From positions 1-37,677 of the forward strand of contig DVLK01000003.1 in assembly GCA_018715545.1 (NCBI GenBank): a DNA stretch of 37,677 nt, in the 5' to 3' direction. The position numbers and the translations under genes were made by a program. Origin of the DNA: Candidatus Caccovivens faecavium. GTDB taxonomy: Bacteria > Bacillota > Clostridia > Christensenellales > UBA1242. Under the pieces are notes generated by a model. The model was not told where the DNA came from. It saw only the letters and a list, made by a program, of their open reading frames with translations, and made no database searches. Shown here in pieces: positions 16,790 to 24,229 of the stretch (positions are counted from its first letter, which is position 1; every line of letters starts with the position of its first letter).

Positions 16790-18751
16790 TTACTTGTTGT
16801 AATTAAACAAATTGTATTTTTGCTTTGGAAAGAACGAGTGTTTGTTGCCATTATTTGAATGTTTCATTGTATGGTCAATGTTATATCGCCTTAAAAGTTC
16901 AATTTCAATGTCTTTTATTTCTCGGCCAACTTCTTGTTCCGTTCCAACATAAAGTCCACCTAGTATTTCAAGACTTGCTTTGATGAAATCTCTCGTTGTG
17001 CCTGTCCACCCTGATGGTTGTGCTTTCAGAAGTGCAAGAATGCTCTTTGTCACAGGACTATTGTCAACCTTCTCTCGTTTCCGCCTTTCAGCTTCTTCCT
17101 CAGGACTTCCCACTTTTGTCCATTTGCCTTCCGTGTCACTCTTTTGAATAAGTCTTTCAATTGTGAAAACATCTCGACCTGTTTGAGTGAGTGTCGAAGG
17201 TTCATCTTTCGCTGTTCTTTTTTTCTTGTAGATAAAGTAGGCATTGTCCAAAGCACCAAGCACACCGTTGCTGCCATTGATCATATTAAACACATCATTC
17301 TCATCAAGCATCTTTCTTGCGTGGTGAATGAGCAATATTGCAATATGATTCTCGGCACAAAATCTTCTTAATAATACAAGTTCACGATAGTCAAAACTAT
17401 ATGCAGTTTCATTTTTCTTGGCTTGTCCTCTTATCATTTGAAATGTATCTATGATGATAAGTTTTAGGTTTGGTATCTCTTTGACTCTGTGTTCTAGTTC
17501 TTCCATCAGTCCTGTATCCAAAGTCTTTGTTTCGAGCTGAATAAATAGATTTGTAGGTTTAGGTTTCTCTTTACATAAAATATTAAGTCGACCTATCATT
17601 CTCTCATCACTATCTTCTAGTGCATAATAAAGCACAGAACTTTGATGGGTTTGCTCATTCAAAAACTCTTCGCCAGAACTTACTGCTATTCCAAGTTGCA
17701 ACACCATCCAAGACTTTCCTATCTTGCTTGCCGCCACCAACATTGATAGACCTTCTGGAATCATATTGTCTACTATCCATTTTTTAGGTTCTATCTCTAA
17801 TTTACATAAGTCCGATGCTTTGATTAAATCAGTTCTTTCACGAGAAATTGCTTTTGCTTTGTTTATAGCTTTTTGTATGTTTAAGCATAAAGCATCAGCA
17901 TTTTTCATCAAGAGTTCGTTAGGATCTTTACATTCTCCAGCAATATTTTGTTGTAGGTATTTAATCTTTAATGCTTTAAACTCTTTGATTATTTTCTCTG
18001 TGGTTTTAACTCCTGCATCATCATTATCAAGACATAATATTATCGTTGAATTTGTAGGTTTCTTTTTTAATGTTTCTACGAGTTTGTTATACCCGCATCC
18101 ACATAAGGCAACAGCAAGCCCACCATATTGCATAATACTTAATGCGCATATTGGACTTTCAACAATAAACACTGGTGTTTTGTCTTGCCTACCTAATGCT
18201 TGTGCATTCCATAGTGGTTCTTCCCCTGCTTCTTCCGTTTTCGATTTATAAAACTTTTTATCAACTACACTTCGCCTTTGATAATAAGTAAGCGCAGAAC
18301 TATATGGGATGACTACTGCTTTCTCTTTAACATCGTATCCAAGAAAATATGCCTTGATTGTATATTCATCTAGTCCTCTCTTTTCAAAGTAGTCTGTCTT
18401 GCTTACATTTTGGATGCACTCTTTAATGTAGGTTTTAATTTTCATCACTGGATGCTCTGAAATTAAGTTGTCTATATCAATGTTGAGATGAAAATCTTGT
18501 GCTATTTGTTTTGCTGCTTCAAAGTTGTCAATGTTTTTTAGTCTTGCTACAAGCGTTATTCCATCTCCTGCAAAGTCGCAACCTGCACTAAAGCATTTGA
18601 ACATATTTTTGTTTTCATCGATTGAAAGTGATGGCGTCTTGTCTTTGTGAAATGGACACGATACTTTCTTTGCTCTATTGAGAGGTCCAATGTAGTACTC
18701 TACAATTTGTCTTATTCCAACACTACTTTTGATCGTTTCAAATAAATCCAT
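16790..18751 (-). CDS. Primase-helicase fusion (CHC2 zinc finger + Toprim + RepA/DnaB-like P-loop ATPase)
   Basis: CPFHKDKTPSLSI...FKCFSAGC is a CHC2 zinc finger. VFIVESPICALS...LDNDDAG is a Toprim domain. Walker A (AASKIGKSW) and Walker B (LIIIDT) are present. Confidence 0.85.
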   Translation of the reverse strand: MDLFETIKSSVGIRQIVEYYIGPLNRAKKVSCPFHKDKTPSLSIDENKNMFKCFSAGCDFAGDGITLVARLKNIDNFEAAKQIAQDFHLNIDIDNLISEHPVMKIKTYIKECIQNVSKTDYFEKRGLDEYTIKAYFLGYDVKEKAVVIPYSSALTYYQRRSVVDKKFYKSKTEEAGEEPLWNAQALGRQDKTPVFIVESPICALSIMQYGGLAVALCGCGYNKLVETLKKKPTNSTIILCLDNDDAGVKTTEKIIKEFKALKIKYLQQNIAGECKDPNELLMKNADALCLNIQKAINKAKAISRERTDLIKASDLCKLEIEPKKWIVDNMIPEGLSMLVAASKIGKSWMVLQLGIAVSSGEEFLNEQTHQSSVLYYALEDSDERMIGRLNILCKEKPKPTNLFIQLETKTLDTGLMEELEHRVKEIPNLKLIIIDTFQMIRGQAKKNETAYSFDYRELVLLRRFCAENHIAILLIHHARKMLDENDVFNMINGSNGVLGALDNAYFIYKKKRTAKDEPSTLTQTGRDVFTIERLIQKSDTEGKWTKVGSPEEEAERRKREKVDNSPVTKSILALLKAQPSGWTGTTRDFIKASLEILGGLYVGTEQEVGREIKDIEIELLRRYNIDHTMKHSNNGNKHSFFPKQKYNLFNYNK

Positions 18752-18777
18752 TATTGCTCCTTCGAGAGAGCAAGGAC

Positions 18778-19467
18778 TTATTCCTCACTCTCATAATTTT
18801 CTTGTAAGTTCGAAGCGATTGCTTTGACTTGTTCTGTCATTTTAGCAATATTCTTCATCTCTTCTTCATTAAGATCTCGCTCTGTTGCAAGCACTACTTT
18901 GCTGTATGTGATTCCACCAGCATTTTGTACTTTCTTCAAACTGAATTTTGTGACAACTTGGTTAGATTTCTTGCCTTTCGACACCAATCGCATAATATAC
19001 TTTGAGAAATCTCCAATGCTCGCTGTTGGCAGTGATAGAATTGTAGGTAGCATCTCATTTGCCCTCAAAATAAAGATTCTTCGCTTTGTCTTACAAGCCT
19101 TGCCACCATTTTCTCCTGTGCCGAAAACATTGAGTGGACAGTCCTTGCACTTTTTGATTTCGCCTGTTTCTCGCTCTACTCCATTGATGCCATCAAATGA
19201 TGAGCAGTCTGGGGCTTCGTTCCCACCTGTATATTTTTCTTTGTAATATGAAAGCACTGGATGATGATAAAGAATCACAGCACTAAACTCTTTTTGAAGG
19301 TCTGGTTCATCTGGATTTTCTCCTGGCACTTCGAATGCAAGCCCGCCACCACTTGGAACTTTAATCCTATCAAAAGTGATATTTAATCCCTGCATCTCTT
19401 CTTGAAAATCAATGTTCTCTACTGGTGTTATAAATTGTTCTTCTTTTTTAATGATTTCGTTGCTCAT
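18778..19467 (-). CDS. Hypothetical replication/recombination-module protein with a Cys cluster
   Basis: 229 aa with C-x16-CxxC-x13-C (CSSFDG...CKDCPLNVFG...CK). No Walker motif. Function not assignable by eye. Confidence 0.5.
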   Translation of the reverse strand: MSNEIIKKEEQFITPVENIDFQEEMQGLNITFDRIKVPSGGGLAFEVPGENPDEPDLQKEFSAVILYHHPVLSYYKEKYTGGNEAPDCSSFDGINGVERETGEIKKCKDCPLNVFGTGENGGKACKTKRRIFILRANEMLPTILSLPTASIGDFSKYIMRLVSKGKKSNQVVTKFSLKKVQNAGGITYSKVVLATERDLNEEEMKNIAKMTEQVKAIASNLQENYESEE

Positions 19468-19477
19468 ACTTATCTCC

Positions 19478-19876
19478 TTATTTCTTAATTCTTATTGATT
19501 GTTTTTCTGTTTGATTGATTAAGCCTTCAAGCCAATCTGGAAGTTTTCCATCATTTTCAGCAATAAGTTCCTTGACTGTTGCTGACAAAGTGTTTGTATT
19601 TATAGTGAATAGATGTTCAAATCCTTTTTGCTTCATTTGTAGGTATAATTCTTCTTTCCTTTCAGGATTTGCACTCTGGAACTCTCTTGTGACTACACTA
19701 TATAGAATTCCATTTCGTTTGAAACTGTCTATTTCATTGTCGGTCATAAGTCCAATAAGTTCTTGTTCTAGTGATTCAAGCTCCTTATTTACATCTTTAA
19801 TCTGTGTTTCTAGTTCGCTTTTCTTTTCTCTTTTTTCAAGATATTTGTCTGCTATTTCCAATATTGTTTCGTTCAT
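19478..19876 (-). CDS. Coiled-coil phage protein (possibly Gp157-like)
   Basis: 132 aa with an N-terminal coiled coil. Its position between the SNF2 helicase and replication genes matches Sfi11-type modules. The family call is tentative. Confidence 0.4.
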   Translation of the reverse strand: MNETILEIADKYLEKREKKSELETQIKDVNKELESLEQELIGLMTDNEIDSFKRNGILYSVVTREFQSANPERKEELYLQMKQKGFEHLFTINTNTLSATVKELIAENDGKLPDWLEGLINQTEKQSIRIKK

Positions 19877-21223
19877 TTAGTTCTCCTTCTCAAATAAACT
19901 TTTCCAATTATCAACAACTAGGTCTGCAATATTTTTCTTTTTGCTCAATGCTTCCATAACCTTTTCATCAATTGTTTTCTTTGCAATCAAGTGAATGTAG
20001 GTGCAATTGTTCTTTTGACCGATTCTGTGGATTCTCGCCTTCGCCTGTTCGTAGTCAGCAAAGTTATATGAAAGTGAATAGAATACTGCAGTGTCAGATG
20101 CTGTCAATGTCAATCCCATTCCTGTTGTTTGCAATTGACCTACAAAGACTTTTACATCTTTATCGTTTTGGAACTTTTCCACTTCACTTGCTCTATCTTT
20201 GACATCTCCACGAATAAGTGAATATTTTATTCCATAATGTTTAAGCATCTTTGTGATAGCATCAATTTCTGAAATAAATCTTGCAAACACAACCACCTTT
20301 TTATCTGCATCTAGGCACTCTTCTATAATTTCTTCAAGTGCATTTAGTTTTGCTGATGAGACCTGTTCTTCTATTTCGCTAAACTCATCCTTAATGTACC
20401 CACCTGTAATTTGTGAAAGTCTTAACAATTTTGTCAGTACATTTCGAACGACAACTTCGCCTTGCGATAGTTCGGCATAGCTATCTCTCTCCACTTGGTT
20501 GTAAATTGCTCTTGCCATAGGTTCTAGTTCTACATACCTTGTGACATCAACTTGTTCTGGAAGATCCAATGCTTCTTTCTTTGTTATTCTAAAAGCGATG
20601 CTATGGGCTTTTTCTGTTAATTCTGGCAGGTTTTTATAACCTACAACCTGATAGTTTCCATATCCACCCATAATGGCGTATCTTGCTCGGAAAGAATAAT
20701 AACTGCCACCGAATATGCTCTCATCCAGGAATTTGTATTGCGAAAAAAAGTCAAGTGGATTGTTTGTTACTGGTGTTCCTGTCAAAATCATATTGTGTTT
20801 ACTTATCTTGCCTAATCTATGAAGTGCCTTTGATTGCTTGGCTTGTGGATTTTTAATCTTGCTTGATTCATCGCAAATAATCATATCTGGTTTCCATAGA
20901 GCAATTTCTTTTTCCATTCGCCAGCACGATTCATAGTTGACAACAGCAACTTGCAGTTTTGTTCCAAATAAATTTCGAAGTGTTTCGCTCTTTTCTTTTG
21001 TAGGTCCTTCCAACACTTCCAACTGATAGTCAAAATCAGCGAACTTTTGGAACTCTTCTTCCCATACCTTTGTGATGGACAATGGCGCAACTATCAAAAG
21101 TTTATTTATCTCTTTTTGTAGGTATAGATAACCTGCAATGCCAATACTTATGAGTGTTTTTCCTGTTCCCATTTCTGCAAGGATTGCAGCCGATTTACTT
21201 TTTCTCATCACTTGCTCCTGCAA
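19877..21223 (-). CDS. SNF2-family helicase, main body. The N-terminal roughly 30 codons lie in another frame (ATG 21293), so the gene is apparently frameshifted.
   Basis: Motifs I (AEMGTGKT), II (ICDESSKIKN), III (LTGTPVTNN), V (GGMGLTLT) and VI (QAKARIHRIGQK) are present. The upstream frame encodes MPIKVKPYKHQLEAF... Confidence 0.8.
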   Translation of the reverse strand: MQEQVMRKSKSAAILAEMGTGKTLISIGIAGYLYLQKEINKLLIVAPLSITKVWEEEFQKFADFDYQLEVLEGPTKEKSETLRNLFGTKLQVAVVNYESCWRMEKEIALWKPDMIICDESSKIKNPQAKQSKALHRLGKISKHNMILTGTPVTNNPLDFFSQYKFLDESIFGGSYYSFRARYAIMGGYGNYQVVGYKNLPELTEKAHSIAFRITKKEALDLPEQVDVTRYVELEPMARAIYNQVERDSYAELSQGEVVVRNVLTKLLRLSQITGGYIKDEFSEIEEQVSSAKLNALEEIIEECLDADKKVVVFARFISEIDAITKMLKHYGIKYSLIRGDVKDRASEVEKFQNDKDVKVFVGQLQTTGMGLTLTASDTAVFYSLSYNFADYEQAKARIHRIGQKNNCTYIHLIAKKTIDEKVMEALSKKKNIADLVVDNWKSLFEKEN

Positions 21224-21282
21224 ATCCCATCACTTTCAGTGCAAAGATAAATGCTTCAAGTTGATGCTTATATGGTTTAACC

Positions 21283-21537
21283 TTAATTGGCATATACAAA
21301 GATTTCTCTTCTACTTGGTTTTCTTGCATCCATCTTCTCCCAATCTATAAGGTTATAAGCATCTTCTGCACCGACCATGTTGATAAATTTTTTTGAATTT
21401 TCTCTATCTAAATCGCCAGAACATAACAAAGTGTTTATTGAAATGCTTGCATCGAAATCGGCAAGGTTCATAAACTCTTGTAGGCTCATTTTGATTTTGA
21501 AAAGATAGAGTCTTAACTTAATTGAGTCAATTTTCAT
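21283..21537 (-). CDS. Small XRE-like HTH protein (tentative)
   Basis: 84 aa. The segment MSLQEFMNLADFDASISINTLL resembles an HTH. The ATGA overlaps the upstream gene. Confidence 0.4.
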   Translation of the reverse strand: MKIDSIKLRLYLFKIKMSLQEFMNLADFDASISINTLLCSGDLDRENSKKFINMVGAEDAYNLIDWEKMDARKPSRREIFVYAN

Positions 21538-21893
21538 AAGCTCTCCTTCTTGTCTTTTGGCAAAGTATAGTCACTGATTAAACTCTCTAATAACTTTTGG
21601 TCTACATCAGCACCTGACTTCTGCAAAAGTCTTAATGCTTGTTCGATGATTTGCAGCTCATCATTCGACCTAATCTTTCCTTGAAATAAATAGTTTTCAT
21701 CGAGCTTTACTCCACCATTTTTGTTACCACAAAAAGTTTGAATTGGATAGCGATATGAAAGTGATTGAATGTGCTTACGAACTGTTCTTTCAGACACTTC
21801 GACTTTGTCAGCAATTTCTTGCATCTTGTGCAGTTTACAATCAGATAAAATGTTAATGATATCCGCTGTAATGCTGGAATACTTCAAGTCCAT
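21534..21893 (-). CDS. HTH (DeoR/HTH_11-like) early regulator
   Basis: 119 aa. The segment KMQEIADKVEVSERTVRKHIQSL is a winged-helix/HTH signature. RBS is GAAAGGAGG. Confidence 0.5.
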   Translation of the reverse strand: MDLKYSSITADIINILSDCKLHKMQEIADKVEVSERTVRKHIQSLSYRYPIQTFCGNKNGGVKLDENYLFQGKIRSNDELQIIEQALRLLQKSGADVDQKLLESLISDYTLPKDKKESL

Positions 21894-22013
21894 ATCGCTA
21901 TCTCACCTCCTTTCTTTTTGTTTTAACGCCTATACTTTACCAATTGTTTTCGGAAGGCATCTTTCCGAGAACTTAACAATTTTTAAAAAAATTTTAAAAT
22001 TTTTATTTTAAAC

Positions 22014-22056
22014 ACAAAAAAACTCCCAAACCTTGGTTTAGATTTGGGAGTTTTAT
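22014..22056 (-). terminator. Strong bidirectional Rho-independent terminator
   Basis: Stem AAAACTCCCAAA / TTTGGGAGTTTT (22019-22030 / 22043-22054) with A- and T-runs on both sides. Confidence 0.7.
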
Positions 22057-22080
22057 GTCATATCTTGTCGAATAAAAAAT

Positions 22081-22157
22081 CCCAGTGACCAACATTTGAA
22101 TTTATCGGAACACTGGAGTTCACTGTAATTTAATGTTGGAACACTGGGGTTCACTGT
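22081..22157. repeat. Two 20-bp direct repeats 31 bp apart plus one inverted partial copy
   Basis: GGAACACTGGAGTTCACTGT is at 22107-22126 and GGAACACTGGGGTTCACTGT at 22138-22157. The inverted relative CCCAGTGACCAACATTT is at 22081-22097 and is followed on the minus strand by a T-run. Confidence 0.6.
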
Positions 22158-22172
22158 TTATGAATCTTAAAT

Positions 22173-22364
22173 CTATGGATCTATAAATTCCATAGAAACA
22201 AATAAATCTGATTTGCACTTACTGCACTTTATTTGGTGTATCATCTGCGTTTTTCTTAATCTTTTTGGTTCTCTAACAAGTATCTTTGTAAGTCCTGTGT
22301 TGTCAGATGAAATACTGTAACCGATGCACCGCTCGCAAAACGGACAATAAAGTTTGATTTTCAC
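22173..22364 (-). CDS. Zn-ribbon protein (two CxxC pairs; Mu Com-like pattern, tentative)
   Basis: 63 aa with CPFCERC...CSKCKSDL. Co-transcribed after the LexA-like repressor. Confidence 0.45.
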   Translation of the reverse strand: MKIKLYCPFCERCIGYSISSDNTGLTKILVREPKRLRKTQMIHQIKCSKCKSDLFVSMEFIDP

Positions 22365-22376
22365 TATTATAGCCTC

Positions 22377-22976
22377 CTAAAAGCATCTTACGACTCTCTT
22401 TACAATACCTTGAATTTTAACATCTTTAGTAATTATATCTTGATAACTTGGATTCTCTGGATGTAGAACAACACCTTCTTTTCTCTTGAAGTATCTTTTC
22501 ACTGTCGCGGCTTCATCTCCGATTAAAGCCACCACTATATCTCCATCATTTGCAATATTTGTAGGTAAATAGAATATTAAATCGCCATCAAATATTCCTA
22601 CACCTACCATACTATCGCCTTGTGCATAGAGCCCATAAAGTTCTTGATTTCCAAAAATCTCCACAGGAAGTCTTGCTGTGAACTCTATATTTTGTATCGC
22701 TAGTGTTGGTTGTCCACAAGCTACCGAACCAACTACAGGGGCTAGTATAGTTTGTCCAGTCTTATATTGAGAGGGAATTTGAATCGCACCTAAATTATCT
22801 TTTTTTAGTAAACCATTGCTATAAAGCCTATTAACATATCTGAACACCATTGCTAAATCATTAAATTTTAAATCTTTCATTATCGTTCTATATGATGGAG
22901 ATTTGCCATTTTGTTGCTGATATTCTTTTATATATGACAATAAGTTTCCTAATTTTTGATTATCTAGAGTTTTCAT
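22377..22976 (-). CDS. LexA-like S24-peptidase repressor (probable prophage CI-type repressor)
   Basis: It has an N-terminal winged-helix domain, a VACGQP segment at the position of LexA's Ala-Gly site, a GDSM catalytic Ser and a TVKRY catalytic Lys. RBS is GAGGAG. Confidence 0.8.
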   Translation of the reverse strand: MKTLDNQKLGNLLSYIKEYQQQNGKSPSYRTIMKDLKFNDLAMVFRYVNRLYSNGLLKKDNLGAIQIPSQYKTGQTILAPVVGSVACGQPTLAIQNIEFTARLPVEIFGNQELYGLYAQGDSMVGVGIFDGDLIFYLPTNIANDGDIVVALIGDEAATVKRYFKRKEGVVLHPENPSYQDIITKDVKIQGIVKRVVRCF

Positions 22977-22992
22977 ATTCTCTCCTCTTAAT

Positions 22993-23019
22993 CATAACGC
23001 AACACCCCGTTGCGTTATG
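22993..23019. promoter_or_regulatory. Perfect palindromic operator between the -10 box and the RBS of the LexA-like gene
   Basis: CATAACGCAAC-acccc-GTTGCGTTATG, with 11-bp arms. Confidence 0.6.
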
Positions 23020-23024
23020 AATGT

Positions 23025-23053
23025 ATTATATACTCTTAAATTATGAAAATCAA
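23025..23053 (-). promoter_or_regulatory. Near-consensus sigma-A promoter of the LexA-like gene
   Basis: Minus strand: TTGATT (23053-23048), 17 nt spacer, TATAAT (23030-23025). Confidence 0.65.
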
Positions 23054-23060
23054 GTATTTT

Positions 23061-23099
23061 TTCAAAAAAAATAAAAAAAGATAGAATAATCTATCTTCA
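23061..23099 (-). terminator. Rho-independent terminator ending the four-gene operon
   Basis: Hairpin AAGATAGA-ttat-TCTATCTT (23078-23097) followed on the minus strand by TTTTTATTTTTTTT. Confidence 0.7.
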
Positions 23100-24227
23100 A
23101 TTAACTTCCTTATATATACATTTTAAAGACTTTTTCAGTTTGCGTAATTCCATACCTTTTGTAAATAAACCTACACTAAACCTTATAGTTCCTTCTGGAT
23201 ATGAACCTAAAACTTTATGTGCGTACGGGCTACATTGCAATCCTATCCTTACAACAATTCCATATTTATCAAAAAACTTTTCAAAGTTAATAGGCTTATA
23301 TTTTGTAGGTAAGCAAGATATTATAGATGTTGCATTGGGAATTTCAAATACATTAAACAATTTAGAATCTATTAAAATCCTTTTCAATTTTCTAAACTTT
23401 TTTTGTTCTATTTGAAAAATTTTATTTATCTCTTTTTTCAAAATATAGCTTGTGCTATAATATAAACTATAAATACCAAGTAGGTTTTGTGTTCCTGGTT
23501 CTAGTCTTGTGGGTAAGGTTTTAGGCATTAACATGCTTGCTGAATCTATACCTGTACCGCCTTGAATAATGTCTTTGATTTTCAATTTTTTATCTATAAC
23601 CATACCACCGATTCCAACATACCCATACAATGTTTTGTGACCTGCAAAAACAATAGCATCTATTTTTTCTTCGGACATATTTATTTTTAGTAATCCACAA
23701 GATTGTGCCATGTCAAGAATTGTAATGGCCCCATAGTTTTTCGCTTCCTCAAATACAGGTTTATAATCTTGTATCAAACCACACACATTGCTTACATGAT
23801 TTATAATAACTAAATCAGGCTTATCTTTTTTTAATTGTTCTTTAACTAAATCTATTGATAGATTAAATCCTTTTAAACACAAATATTTAATGTTAAACTT
23901 ATAAATTTCTTGTAGGTTTGATAATACTCGATTTACAGCATTATGTTCAAACATTGTAATATACACATTCTTTAACTTTGAAAAATCCAGTCCTTTAATT
24001 AGTTGATTAAATGAAAATGTTGCGGATTGGCTAAAAACTACTTCATAATTATCATTTGCACCAACAAGTTTTTTTATATTCTTTCTTGTTTCATCTATAA
24101 AAAATTTACTTGCTTGATTGTTTCCGCGACTAATATTACCACCAACTTTTTTATAAAGCTTTACCGCTTTATAAACGCTTTTAGGTTTTCTATAAGTAGT
24201 AGAAGCATTATCAAAATAACTAATCAT
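23097..24227 (-). CDS. Cysteine desulfurase (class V aminotransferase; NifS/IscS/DndA/SspA-like)
   Basis: It has a YFDNASTT N-terminus, the PLP-lysine motif FAGHKTLYG and the active-site Cys loop VRIGLQCSPYAH. Its AAGGAG RBS lies inside the end of the upstream gene. Confidence 0.8.
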   Translation of the reverse strand: MISYFDNASTTYRKPKSVYKAVKLYKKVGGNISRGNNQASKFFIDETRKNIKKLVGANDNYEVVFSQSATFSFNQLIKGLDFSKLKNVYITMFEHNAVNRVLSNLQEIYKFNIKYLCLKGFNLSIDLVKEQLKKDKPDLVIINHVSNVCGLIQDYKPVFEEAKNYGAITILDMAQSCGLLKINMSEEKIDAIVFAGHKTLYGYVGIGGMVIDKKLKIKDIIQGGTGIDSASMLMPKTLPTRLEPGTQNLLGIYSLYYSTSYILKKEINKIFQIEQKKFRKLKRILIDSKLFNVFEIPNATSIISCLPTKYKPINFEKFFDKYGIVVRIGLQCSPYAHKVLGSYPEGTIRFSVGLFTKGMELRKLKKSLKCIYKEVN

Positions 24228-24229
24228 AT

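Larger units (their letters stand above)
1..23059 (-). mobile_element. Prophage/phage genome segment with tail, head, packaging, replication and lysogeny modules. The left end runs off the window. The right boundary is uncertain and could extend to about 32055.
   Basis: Uninterrupted co-oriented phage genes with recognisable terL, portal, protease, HK97 capsid, terS, HNH, primase-helicase and S24 repressor motifs. No integrase or att site was seen. Confidence 0.8.

Noticed and set aside
18752-18777. A small hairpin (TTGCTC-N8-GAGCAA) overlapping the primase-helicase RBS, as a possible translational control element.
   Set aside because: The stem is only 6 bp and there is no supporting repeat or conservation evidence. 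It is too weak to call.
21223-21293. Alternative genetic code (TGA read as Trp) as an explanation for the split SNF2 gene or for the missing RHS ORF.
   Set aside because: Reading through the TGAs in the helicase-body frame gives a non-SNF2-like peptide, whereas the other frame gives a canonical PYKHQ segment. The RHS ORF is open under the standard code and is missing from the track only because it has no in-window stop.
22060-22170. Possible tRNA or att site, because GGGGTTCACTG resembles a T-arm (GGTTCGA) and the region is non-coding.
   Set aside because: I could not build an acceptor stem, anticodon arm or D-arm. The motif is part of a 20-bp direct repeat, so a regulatory repeat is more parsimonious.
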